From: an uncultured Candidatus Saccharibacteria bacterium
Lineage (GTDB): Bacteria > Patescibacteriota > Minisyncoccia > Phycocordibacterales > DSPV01
Assembly: GCA_964349135.1 (NCBI GenBank)
Contig: CAYGFK010000005.1
Location: 1-57,895, forward strand
Direction: 5' to 3'
DNA: 57,895 nucleotides
Part shown: positions 36,188 to 43,905 of the stretch, one piece after another
Position numbering within the stretch: position 1 is the first letter of the stretch
How the letters are laid out: each line of letters starts with the position of its first letter
The notes under the pieces: generated by a model
Told to the model about the DNA's origin: nothing
Seen by the model: only the letters and a program-made list of their open reading frames with translations
The model's database searches: none
Position numbers and translations under genes: made by a program

Positions 36188-36805
36188 TTAAAACAGTGGG
36201 TCTTGAAAATCTTTCTTTACCGGTCGGATGTCCTCTAGGGATGTCTCTGGAATTGGATTTTTGATGTCGTTTACAGTGTCCGGAAGTGTACTAAAACTCG
36301 CCTCGAATCCCTTCATCATTGTTGGATTCCGAAGTGCGGCAGCGGGATGAAAAAGAGGTACGATAGTGCGCCCGTCTACCGTAAATACTTTTCCTTGGTC
36401 GCGAGTGATTTTTGCTTCAGGGAGGAAATAATTCATTGAAAAACGCCCAAGCGTTGCGATGATAGTGGGATTGATAATTTCGATTTGTCGCGTGAGATAA
36501 GGTTTATAGGCCTCAATCTCTTCGGGTAATGGGTCGCGGTTATCGGGCGGGCGCCGTTTGACGATGTTGGTGATGTATACGTCTGTACGCTTCCAACCGA
36601 TTCGTTCTATGTGTTTATCCAGAAGTTTTCCTGCACGACCCACAAACGGACGTTTCTGCTCGTCCTCAGTTTGTCCTGGCGCTTCGCCGATAAATAGCAC
36701 ATCACAATCGGGATTTCCTTCGCCGAAGACCAGATTAGTCTCAAGTGGAAGACTTGCTTTATGCATCTCTTCCGAGAGTGCTTCAAGTCGTTGCATCTTA
36801 TCCAT
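36188..36805 (-). CDS. Uracil-DNA glycosylase, family 4
   Basis: FIGEAPG..ED.QKRPFVGRAG, ITNIVK.RPP.NR.P and FHPAAALR. Confidence 0.93.
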   Translation of the reverse strand: MDKMQRLEALSEEMHKASLPLETNLVFGEGNPDCDVLFIGEAPGQTEDEQKRPFVGRAGKLLDKHIERIGWKRTDVYITNIVKRRPPDNRDPLPEEIEAYKPYLTRQIEIINPTIIATLGRFSMNYFLPEAKITRDQGKVFTVDGRTIVPLFHPAAALRNPTMMKGFEASFSTLPDTVNDIKNPIPETSLEDIRPVKKDFQDPLF

Positions 36806-36861
36806 TCCGGTATTATACCCCGCTGGTTTCTTTTTGGCCTGATTCGGCTATACTTTTGGCT

Positions 36862-38031
36862 ATGACAAAGGGCAAGAGTGGCGGATATGGAGGATTTCAG
36901 AATAGTGGCTTACGCACATGGATTGAAGTTGACCGAGACGCCATTCGGTTTAATTATCGCATCTTCCGCTCGCTCATCAGTAAAAAGACTCGCTTGATGG
37001 CGGTGGTTAAATCAAACGCCTACGGACACGATATGCTCCAGTTTGCAAAAGAGGTAGAGGGCCTCGGGGCTGATTTTATTGGAGTTGACTCACTCGTTGA
37101 GGGGGTGACACTACGAAATGCCGGTGTTCGCGTTCCTATCCTTGTACTTGGTTACACCATGCCGGAGCGCCTTCACGAGGCAAGTCAGTATGATATTAGC
37201 GTTTCGCTCTCCACTATGGAGCATCTCAAAGCGCTAATTCGCACTAAACTTGAGAAGCCACTTTCCATACATTTGAAAGTCGATACCGGGATGCATCGTC
37301 AAGGATTTCTCTCGTCGGATATCCCGCGTGTCATTACCGTATTGCGCTCGCCCTCGTTCAAGAAAAGAGCTCGACTTGAGGGTCTGTTTACGCATTTTGC
37401 TTCCGCGAAGAATCCGGCTTTTCCCGCGTACACAAAACTCCAACTTACCGAGTTTGCCCGTTGGCGTGACGCTCTTACAAGGGCAGGATTCTCGTTCTTG
37501 TCTCATGCTTCAGCGACAGGAGGAACCCTGCTTTTCCCGGAAGCACATTTCGATATGGTTCGTGTTGGTATTGGTTTGTACGGTCTCTGGCCATCAGTAG
37601 AGACTGAGAGTTTTTTAAGAGATAAACTTACATTCAAACCGGCGCTTGTGTGGAAGACGGTTATTTCAGAGTTTAAGACTTTGTCTGCGGGTTCGAAGGT
37701 TGGATATGATTGTACTGAAACACTTGAGAAGAAGTCGGTCGTGGCCGTATGCCCTGTGGGTTATTGGCACGGATTTTCTCGTAAACTCTCAAGTATTGCT
37801 CGTGTCCTTGTGCGCGGTGTTCCGTGTCGTGTCGTAGGGCGTGTTTCTATGGACATGATTTCTATAGACATTAGTTCTGTCCCAAATCCTCACGTGGCCG
37901 ATGAAGTAATTCTTATCGGTACGAGTGCAACACGTTCTGTCACTGCAGAAGATATGGCACGTCTTGATGAGACGTCTGTTTATGAGACGATAACCCGTAT
38001 CAATCCGCTTATCCGTCGGATTTACCGGTAA
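36862..38031 (+). CDS. alr: Alanine racemase
   Basis: AVVKSNAYGH (PLP Lys), HLKVDTGMHRQG, VGYWHG and GRVSMD. Confidence 0.96.
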   Translation: MTKGKSGGYGGFQNSGLRTWIEVDRDAIRFNYRIFRSLISKKTRLMAVVKSNAYGHDMLQFAKEVEGLGADFIGVDSLVEGVTLRNAGVRVPILVLGYTMPERLHEASQYDISVSLSTMEHLKALIRTKLEKPLSIHLKVDTGMHRQGFLSSDIPRVITVLRSPSFKKRARLEGLFTHFASAKNPAFPAYTKLQLTEFARWRDALTRAGFSFLSHASATGGTLLFPEAHFDMVRVGIGLYGLWPSVETESFLRDKLTFKPALVWKTVISEFKTLSAGSKVGYDCTETLEKKSVVAVCPVGYWHGFSRKLSSIARVLVRGVPCRVVGRVSMDMISIDISSVPNPHVADEVILIGTSATRSVTAEDMARLDETSVYETITRINPLIRRIYR

Positions 38032-38085
38032 ATTGCGCTTCAGTGCGTTTTAGGGTATAGTCTCAGAACACGTAATTTAAACGAT

Positions 38086-38244
38086 ATGTCACAGGATAGA
38101 CTCATAAAACTGGCGTGCTCAAAGTGCAAGCGAGTCGGCTACTGGTCAAGTAAGAATAAGAGGAAAGTAGAGCGCAAAATCGAAGGCGCGAAGTATTGTA
38201 AGTGGTGCAAGAAACGCACGCCACATAAAGAGACGAAGAAGTAA
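38086..38244 (+). CDS. rpmG: 50S ribosomal protein L33 (Zn-ribbon form), 52 aa
   Basis: MSQDRLIKLACSKCK...KYCKWCKKRTPHKETKK. Lies upstream of tRNA-Trp. Confidence 0.93.
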   Translation: MSQDRLIKLACSKCKRVGYWSSKNKRKVERKIEGAKYCKWCKKRTPHKETKK

Positions 38245-38252
38245 TTTTTTCT

Positions 38253-38396
38253 GAAATAATTCTCAAGAACACGGATAAACGGCGCCTGCGCGCCGTTTTC
38301 CTACGCTCGGTTCGCGACGGTCAAGAGCCCTCGCATTGCTCGGGTCATTGACAGGCCTTGCTCGCTCGCCTCCGCGATGTTCTTGAGAATTATTTC
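38253..38396. repeat. 144-bp element bounded by a perfect 19-bp inverted repeat, with internal hairpins
   Basis: GAAATAATTCTCAAGAACA at 38253-38271 and its reverse complement at 38378-38396. Confidence 0.8.
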
Positions 38397-38456
38397 GGGG
38401 CATGGGGTAGGAGCAAGCTGGTAGATTGCTTTTTGTTGATGTAGGATAAAGTTCGA

Positions 38457-38528
38457 GGGCCTGTAGTTTCAATGGTAAAACATCGGTCTCCAAAACCGAG
38501 GTTCCCAGTTCGAGTCTGGGCGGGCCCG
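38457..38528 (+). tRNA. tRNA-Trp(CCA)
   Basis: TCGGT-CTCCAAA-ACCGA anticodon arm. Confidence 0.93.
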
Positions 38529-38631
38529 TAGATAATAACTATGACTCTGCTATTTGAAATAGAGAAAATTAAAGGAGAAGTCTTACAGATTGTTGTTTTT
38601 GACGTTATCTTAGACTTAAAGCACTAAAAAT

Positions 38632-39792
38632 GTGGAACCGCTTGCATCACAACTACGGCCGAAGACGCTTAAGGAGTTTATTGGCCAGGAACATCTGGTC
38701 GGTAAGGGTAAACCACTTCGCACGGCGATAGAGAAGAAGCACCTATTTTCATTTATTTTATGGGGACCGCCCGGAGTGGGGAAGACGACACTTGCCAAGA
38801 TTTACGCACAGGCGCTTGAGGCCAAGCTCTATGAACTGTCTGCCGTTTCAGCGGGTAAGGACGATATCAAACGGATTATCGAGGAGTCAACACTTCTCGA
38901 TGACCGTCCTCGAGTTTTGTTTCTCGACGAGATACACCGATTCAACAAAGCACAGCAGGATTTTCTCCTGCCGTATGTCGAGTCGGGTAAACTCACGCTC
39001 ATTGGAGCGACAACTGAAAATCCATCATTCGAGGTCATTTCCGCACTCCTCTCGCGTTGTCGCGTCTTTGTTTTAAAATCCCTCTCAGAGAGTGAAATTG
39101 TTTCTATTGCGAAGCGAAGTAAGGTAAAGCTCGATGCAAAAGCGCTTGCATGGCTGGCCGAGGTTGCAAACGGAGACGCGCGTACCGCATTGACGATTCT
39201 TGAGAATACACTTCGGTTGTATAAGAAGGTGGACGTAAAGACGCTCACGGAGACCCTGCAACACGCATTTCTTCGGTTTGATAAAAAAGGTGATGAGCAC
39301 TATGACACCGTCTCGGCGTATATTAAAAGTATGCGAGCGGGAGACGCTGATGCGGCGATGTACTATCTTGCTCGGATGCTTGAAGGAGGAGAAGACCCGA
39401 AATTCATTGCACGTCGTATGGTCATTTTTGCATCGGAAGACGTGGGGCTCGGACAGTCCACGGCGCTTGTTGTGGCAAACGAAGTCTTTCAGGCGGTAGA
39501 TTCTATCGGTATGCCGGAGGCCGCAATTACTCTCGCACACGGCACCGCATATCTTTCGCTCGCGAAGAAGGATAGGAGTTCGTATGATGCCCTTCGTTCC
39601 GCCCAAGAGGATGTACGCAAGTTTGGTAATATCCCGATACCTCTCAAAATCAGGAACGCTCCTACAAAACTCATGAAAGAGCTCGGATATGGCACAGGGT
39701 ACGAGAAGTATGATACGGAGAGCTATCTCCCCGATAAGCTCAAAGGAAGACGATATTTTAAGAAACAGGTGGAAAACAAAAAGCGCAAATAA
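38632..39792 (+). CDS. rarA: Replication-associated recombination protein A (RarA/MgsA)
   Basis: LRPKTL.EFIGQ, WGPPGVGKTT, LDEIHRFNK.QQD, ATTENPSF and IKSMR. Confidence 0.95.
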   Translation: MEPLASQLRPKTLKEFIGQEHLVGKGKPLRTAIEKKHLFSFILWGPPGVGKTTLAKIYAQALEAKLYELSAVSAGKDDIKRIIEESTLLDDRPRVLFLDEIHRFNKAQQDFLLPYVESGKLTLIGATTENPSFEVISALLSRCRVFVLKSLSESEIVSIAKRSKVKLDAKALAWLAEVANGDARTALTILENTLRLYKKVDVKTLTETLQHAFLRFDKKGDEHYDTVSAYIKSMRAGDADAAMYYLARMLEGGEDPKFIARRMVIFASEDVGLGQSTALVVANEVFQAVDSIGMPEAAITLAHGTAYLSLAKKDRSSYDALRSAQEDVRKFGNIPIPLKIRNAPTKLMKELGYGTGYEKYDTESYLPDKLKGRRYFKKQVENKKRK

Positions 39793-39823
39793 CCAAGCGA
39801 GGCGTATAATCTAAGTATACGCT

Positions 39824-41395
39824 ATGGAAACAGCGCTCCTTGTTCATAATATTGTTTTTGTCGCTGATGCGGTTATTTTGATTGCGCTCATCACGATTAT
39901 TCTTCGTGCACCTAAGACGACCGCTAGTGTCACGCTCGCACTCGGGCTTTCAGCCGTTGTCGTGTTTTGTGTCTCGCACGTTATTGGCGTAAGTCTCAAC
40001 GACCCTGAACTGTCTCGTCTCGTTCTCATGGCGAATGTCAGTACCATCCTCATTACCGCGTTCGTTAATCACAGTGTCTTCGCTATTCTTGGAAAAGAGA
40101 AAACGCACCAATTCGGCATTGTGGCAGTGTACATACTTTCTGTTTTTCTTCTTGCTATGTATACATTTTTTCCAGATACCTTCCTCGCACTATCCGTGCC
40201 GAAACTGTATTTCCCTAATTATTATGTGGCAGGGTCTCTGCACTGGGTTATGCGTCTTGCCTTCAACCTTATTGTTCCGCTTTACTTCATCTTCCACCTC
40301 TACCGGACGTACCGAAAGGCCGACTATTCCCTGAAGAACAGACTTCGCTACTTATGGGTTGCGTTTTTTCTGGGCTACAGTGTCGGAGGTCTCCCTATTC
40401 TTTTAATTTACGATATCCCGTTTAATCCGGTGTGGGGCGCGTTGTTTGTGCCGTTCTTCGCCATTCCGTTTACGTATACCGTTGTGCGTTACGAGCTGTT
40501 GGATATAAAACTTGTCGCGAGGCGAGCTCTTCTCTACACAGGCCTTGTTCTTGGACTCGGATGGATATTGAGTTCGCTTATCTACATTCAGAACAGTCTC
40601 GTTGTACTGTATCCGGACTTTCCGCAATGGATACTGCCTTTTGTGTCGGCACTTGTGACCGTTGTCGTCGGTATTCTTGTTTGGCGCGCGATACGTCAGA
40701 CAGATATCTTGAAATATGAATTCGTGACAGTCGTGAGCCATAAGTTCCGCACGCCCCTGACCTACATCAAATGGTCCCTTGCAAATTTGCGTAAGAAGGG
40801 TGGTGGCGAGTCCGCCCAGAAAGACCTTGATACTATTGAGCATGCTTCCGAGACGCTCAATCGTCTTACTGACGTTCTTGCCGGCGTGGGGGACACCGAA
40901 GAGCTCTCGGTGTATTACACCGAAATTCTTTCACTCGAGCCACTTTTGCGCTCTATCGTCAATACGGTGAAAAGGGATGCGGAATCGAAAGGTGTTTCAC
41001 TGCGTGTTCATATCGAGCACCACGTACCCTCGGTGCGCGTGAATAGTAAACGGATTGAGTCCGTGTTCGAGATAGTGATTGCTAACGCTATTACCTACAC
41101 TCCTCGAGGCGGTGCCGTGCACATCTCCCTTACGGGAGGAGGTCATGGAGAGAGTGCGATTGTTACCGTAGAGGATAATGGCATAGGCATTACCAAACAG
41201 GAACTACAGGGCATCTTCCAAAAGTTCTTTAGGAGTGGTCGTGCGCGGGAAGTGTACACTGAAGGATTTGGTATCGGTCTCTATCTCTCTAAGGTTATTA
41301 TTGAGCGTCATGGTGGTAAGATACGCGTGCATTCCGGAGGGGAAGGAAAGGGAACGGTCGTCGTTATTACGCTACCGGTGGCGGTGAAGTACTAA
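39824..41395 (+). CDS. Membrane sensor histidine kinase (about 9 TM + HisKA + HATPase)
   Basis: H-box SHKFRTPL, N-box NAITYT, G1 DNGIGI, F-box and G2 GFGIGL. Confidence 0.9.
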   Translation: METALLVHNIVFVADAVILIALITIILRAPKTTASVTLALGLSAVVVFCVSHVIGVSLNDPELSRLVLMANVSTILITAFVNHSVFAILGKEKTHQFGIVAVYILSVFLLAMYTFFPDTFLALSVPKLYFPNYYVAGSLHWVMRLAFNLIVPLYFIFHLYRTYRKADYSLKNRLRYLWVAFFLGYSVGGLPILLIYDIPFNPVWGALFVPFFAIPFTYTVVRYELLDIKLVARRALLYTGLVLGLGWILSSLIYIQNSLVVLYPDFPQWILPFVSALVTVVVGILVWRAIRQTDILKYEFVTVVSHKFRTPLTYIKWSLANLRKKGGGESAQKDLDTIEHASETLNRLTDVLAGVGDTEELSVYYTEILSLEPLLRSIVNTVKRDAESKGVSLRVHIEHHVPSVRVNSKRIESVFEIVIANAITYTPRGGAVHISLTGGGHGESAIVTVEDNGIGITKQELQGIFQKFFRSGRAREVYTEGFGIGLYLSKVIIERHGGKIRVHSGGEGKGTVVVITLPVAVKY

Positions 41396-42302
41396 GCCAC
41401 TGTCGAACGAGTTTTTTTGCGTCCGTAGGGTCGTCAATCCAACGGATTGATTTGTCTCGATTAAACCAGGTTAGTTGTCGTTTGGCATATCGATAGATTT
41501 CACGTTCAAGACGTTCTTCAAATTCCTTTCTCGAAAGAGTTCCTTGGAGGTAGTACGAAAGACAGCGATACTCAAGCCCGAGTACCTCCATTCGTTTCCA
41601 TGAGAGTCCGTGCTCATGGAGACGGCGCGCCTCGCTTAGCATTCCTCGCTTGAGGCGCGATTTGAGTCGCGCGTGAATTCGTTTCCTGAGTGTTTCCATT
41701 GAAAATTGTATGCCGATTTTTATCGGGTTATAGCACGAGGTTTTGGAGAGCCTCGGGACTTTTCCGAATACGTTTGTAATCTCTAGTGCTCGGATGAGTC
41801 GTCGTTTGTTGAAAGCGTCTATGGTCGACGCTCGTTCAAGGTCCTCTTTCTGGAGTCTCTCTAAGAGTTCTCGAGCTGTTTTACGCTCGAGCGTAGCGCG
41901 TAATTTTTTATTTGGGGGCACTTCAGGAAGGACAATGCCGTTTATAAGCGCATCAATATAAAAACCGGTTCCTCCGCATATAATAGGAAGTTTCCCACGG
42001 CGCTCAATCTCTTTAATCGCGCGTTTCGCCAGTGCTATAAAACGAGTTACTGAAAATTGTCTGCGTGGGTCAGCAACATCAAGGAGATGATGTCGGACAC
42101 CTTTCATCTCGTGTTTCGAGACCTTTCCTGTGCCGATGGTGAGCCCGCGATAGACTTGACGCGAATCGGCTGAAATTACCTCTCCGTTGAATGCGCGAGC
42201 AAGCTCAACAGCCAAGTCGCTTTTGCCTGATGCGGTTGGGCCAAGAACCACGACAACCTGAGGCCGTGATTCTTGGCTTCGCGCTACTCTCACTACGCTC
42301 AT
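41367..42302 (-). CDS. miaA: tRNA dimethylallyltransferase
   Basis: LGPTASGKS, ISADSRQVY, GGTGFY and YAKRQLTWF. Confidence 0.96.
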   Translation of the reverse strand: MSVVRVARSQESRPQVVVVLGPTASGKSDLAVELARAFNGEVISADSRQVYRGLTIGTGKVSKHEMKGVRHHLLDVADPRRQFSVTRFIALAKRAIKEIERRGKLPIICGGTGFYIDALINGIVLPEVPPNKKLRATLERKTARELLERLQKEDLERASTIDAFNKRRLIRALEITNVFGKVPRLSKTSCYNPIKIGIQFSMETLRKRIHARLKSRLKRGMLSEARRLHEHGLSWKRMEVLGLEYRCLSYYLQGTLSRKEFEERLEREIYRYAKRQLTWFNRDKSIRWIDDPTDAKKLVRQWLSTSPPPVA

Positions 42303-42435
42303 ATGCCGGGAGAGATATCGGCTACCACGTAGCCAGGTGTTTTTCGACCTCGCCGACTCGGTAACGAAAAACCTTTCGATTCTCTCACGCCGTGAAGCAG
42401 TTCACGGCTTCCCGTCAATTTCGCTTTGCTCATAA
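42303..42435 (-). repeat. Structured cassette (type B) with inverted and direct copies of the tRNA-Leu(CAA) 3' end
   Basis: 13-bp repeat at 42303-42315 and 42435-42447. Inverted TTCGATTCTCTC at 42375-42386. Cassette spans about 42318-42376. Confidence 0.8.
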
Positions 42436-42517
42436 TGCCGGGAGAGAGAATCGAACTCTCATGGATTGCTCCACACGATTTTGAGTCGTGCGCGTCTACC
42501 AATTCCGCCATCCCGGC
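42436..42517 (-). tRNA. tRNA-Leu(CAA)
   Basis: CACGA-CTCAAAA-TCGTG anticodon arm and a long variable arm. Confidence 0.94.
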
Positions 42518-42600
42518 CCTGTTCACAACTAAATTATCACCAAAACGGGTTTTGCTCAAACATCCTATGATGATAAGATATCGTTATAACTATTGAGACC

Positions 42601-43599
42601 ATGTCGCATTTCTACGGTGATGCCATATTTTGGCTTGAAGTAGGTAAGATAAAACCAAATCCATATCAGCCACGTCAGGAGTTTGACGAGGCGCGTCTTC
42701 GTGATTTAGCCGAATCTATACGCACGTATGGCGTACTTCAACCTCTCGTGGTGACTCGCAAAGAAGTGCAACGTCCGGACGGGAGTTTATTTGTGGAATA
42801 TGAGCTTGTTTCCGGAGAACGGCGCTTGCGCGCATCGAAACTTGCCGGTATTGCGCAGGTCCCGGCTATCATTCGCAATGATACCGATGATTCAAAGATT
42901 AAACTTGAGCTTGCTATCATCGAAAACCTTCAGCGAGAAGACCTTAATCCTGTGGACCGTGCGAAAGCATTTCAACGCCTTGCTGACGAGTTTTCTTACA
43001 AACATACGGAGATTGCACAGAAGATAGGGAAGAGCCGAGAGTATGTTTCAAATACCCTCCGTATCCTCGCACTACCTGAAGAAATTCTAATTGCTCTTGC
43101 GGCAAAACGTATTTCTGAAGGACACACCCGCCCCATTTTGATGTTGTCGGACCGGCCTGAAGAACAAATGACTCTCTTTAAGGAGGTGATTATGAGACGG
43201 ATGACCGTGCGCGAGGCCGAAGGTATTGCACGTCGCATTGCTTTCGATAAAGTTCGTAAGAAGGACCGAGCCGTGGACCCTGAGATTGTTGAGATGGAGG
43301 AGAAGCTCTCAGAGACCCTTGGAACCCGCGTGCAGATTGAGCGTAAGGAAAAGGGAGGCAAAATACACATTGATTTCTTTTCGCCCGAAGACCTTGCGCA
43401 GATAATTACGATGATAGAAGAGCGTCGTCATGTGCTTGCGCAGAGTCAGGGAGTAATTCCTCCGGAGCGTTCCGCGGAAGAAATCGCGGGTGAGGTTGCT
43501 CAAACTATTGCACAGGAACAGGAGGCGCCGATTGACGATTCGACCGAGCAAGACAATGAAGGGGACAATCTTTACTCCATTCGGGATTTCTCAGTTTAA
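42601..43599 (+). CDS. parB: ParB/Spo0J family partition protein
   Basis: PNPYQPR..F, GVLQPLVV, SGERRLRA, IENLQREDL and an HTH. No parA adjacent. Confidence 0.92.
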   Translation: MSHFYGDAIFWLEVGKIKPNPYQPRQEFDEARLRDLAESIRTYGVLQPLVVTRKEVQRPDGSLFVEYELVSGERRLRASKLAGIAQVPAIIRNDTDDSKIKLELAIIENLQREDLNPVDRAKAFQRLADEFSYKHTEIAQKIGKSREYVSNTLRILALPEEILIALAAKRISEGHTRPILMLSDRPEEQMTLFKEVIMRRMTVREAEGIARRIAFDKVRKKDRAVDPEIVEMEEKLSETLGTRVQIERKEKGGKIHIDFFSPEDLAQIITMIEERRHVLAQSQGVIPPERSAEEIAGEVAQTIAQEQEAPIDDSTEQDNEGDNLYSIRDFSV

Positions 43600-43601
43600 A
43601 T

Positions 43602-43630
43602 AAAAACGGCCCGTAAAGCGGGCCGTTTTT
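43602..43630. terminator. Bidirectional terminator between parB and topA
   Basis: AAAAACGGCCCG-taaag-CGGGCCGTTTTT. Confidence 0.85.
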
Positions 43631-43643
43631 CTATTCCTTCTTT

Positions 43644-43905
43644 TTTCGTCCCGGCTGATGCATATCGCACGCTTTGTTTGAACAGCGTTCGGGAATGGTT
43701 TTCGGTCACACCTCTCACGTTCGCCGTCGCGAACGTTCGGGTGCGACCCCGGCTCGCGGTTTTTGCTTCTGCAAAAACATCGCTCCGCCTTACGAAAACC
43801 TATGCGTACACCGTGAAGACAGTGTACTACTTCTCCACTTTCTTTCGTCCCGGCTGATGCATGTCGCACGCTTTGTTTGAACAGCGTTCGGGAATGGTTT
43901 TCGTA
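43644..43905 (-). repeat. 61-bp duplication of the topA 3' end enclosing a type A-like cassette and a 10-bp inverted target copy
   Basis: 43644-43704 vs 43843-43903 (60/61 identical). TACGAAAACC at 43791-43800 is the reverse complement of 43896-43905. Cassette spans 43705-43792. Confidence 0.9.

Noticed and set aside
35812-36238. ORFs 35812-36048, 35890-36120 and 35975-36238
   Set aside because: They span tRNA-Tyr and its duplicated cassette.
42299-42559. 86-aa ORF upstream of miaA
   Set aside because: It reads through tRNA-Leu(CAA) and the cassette.
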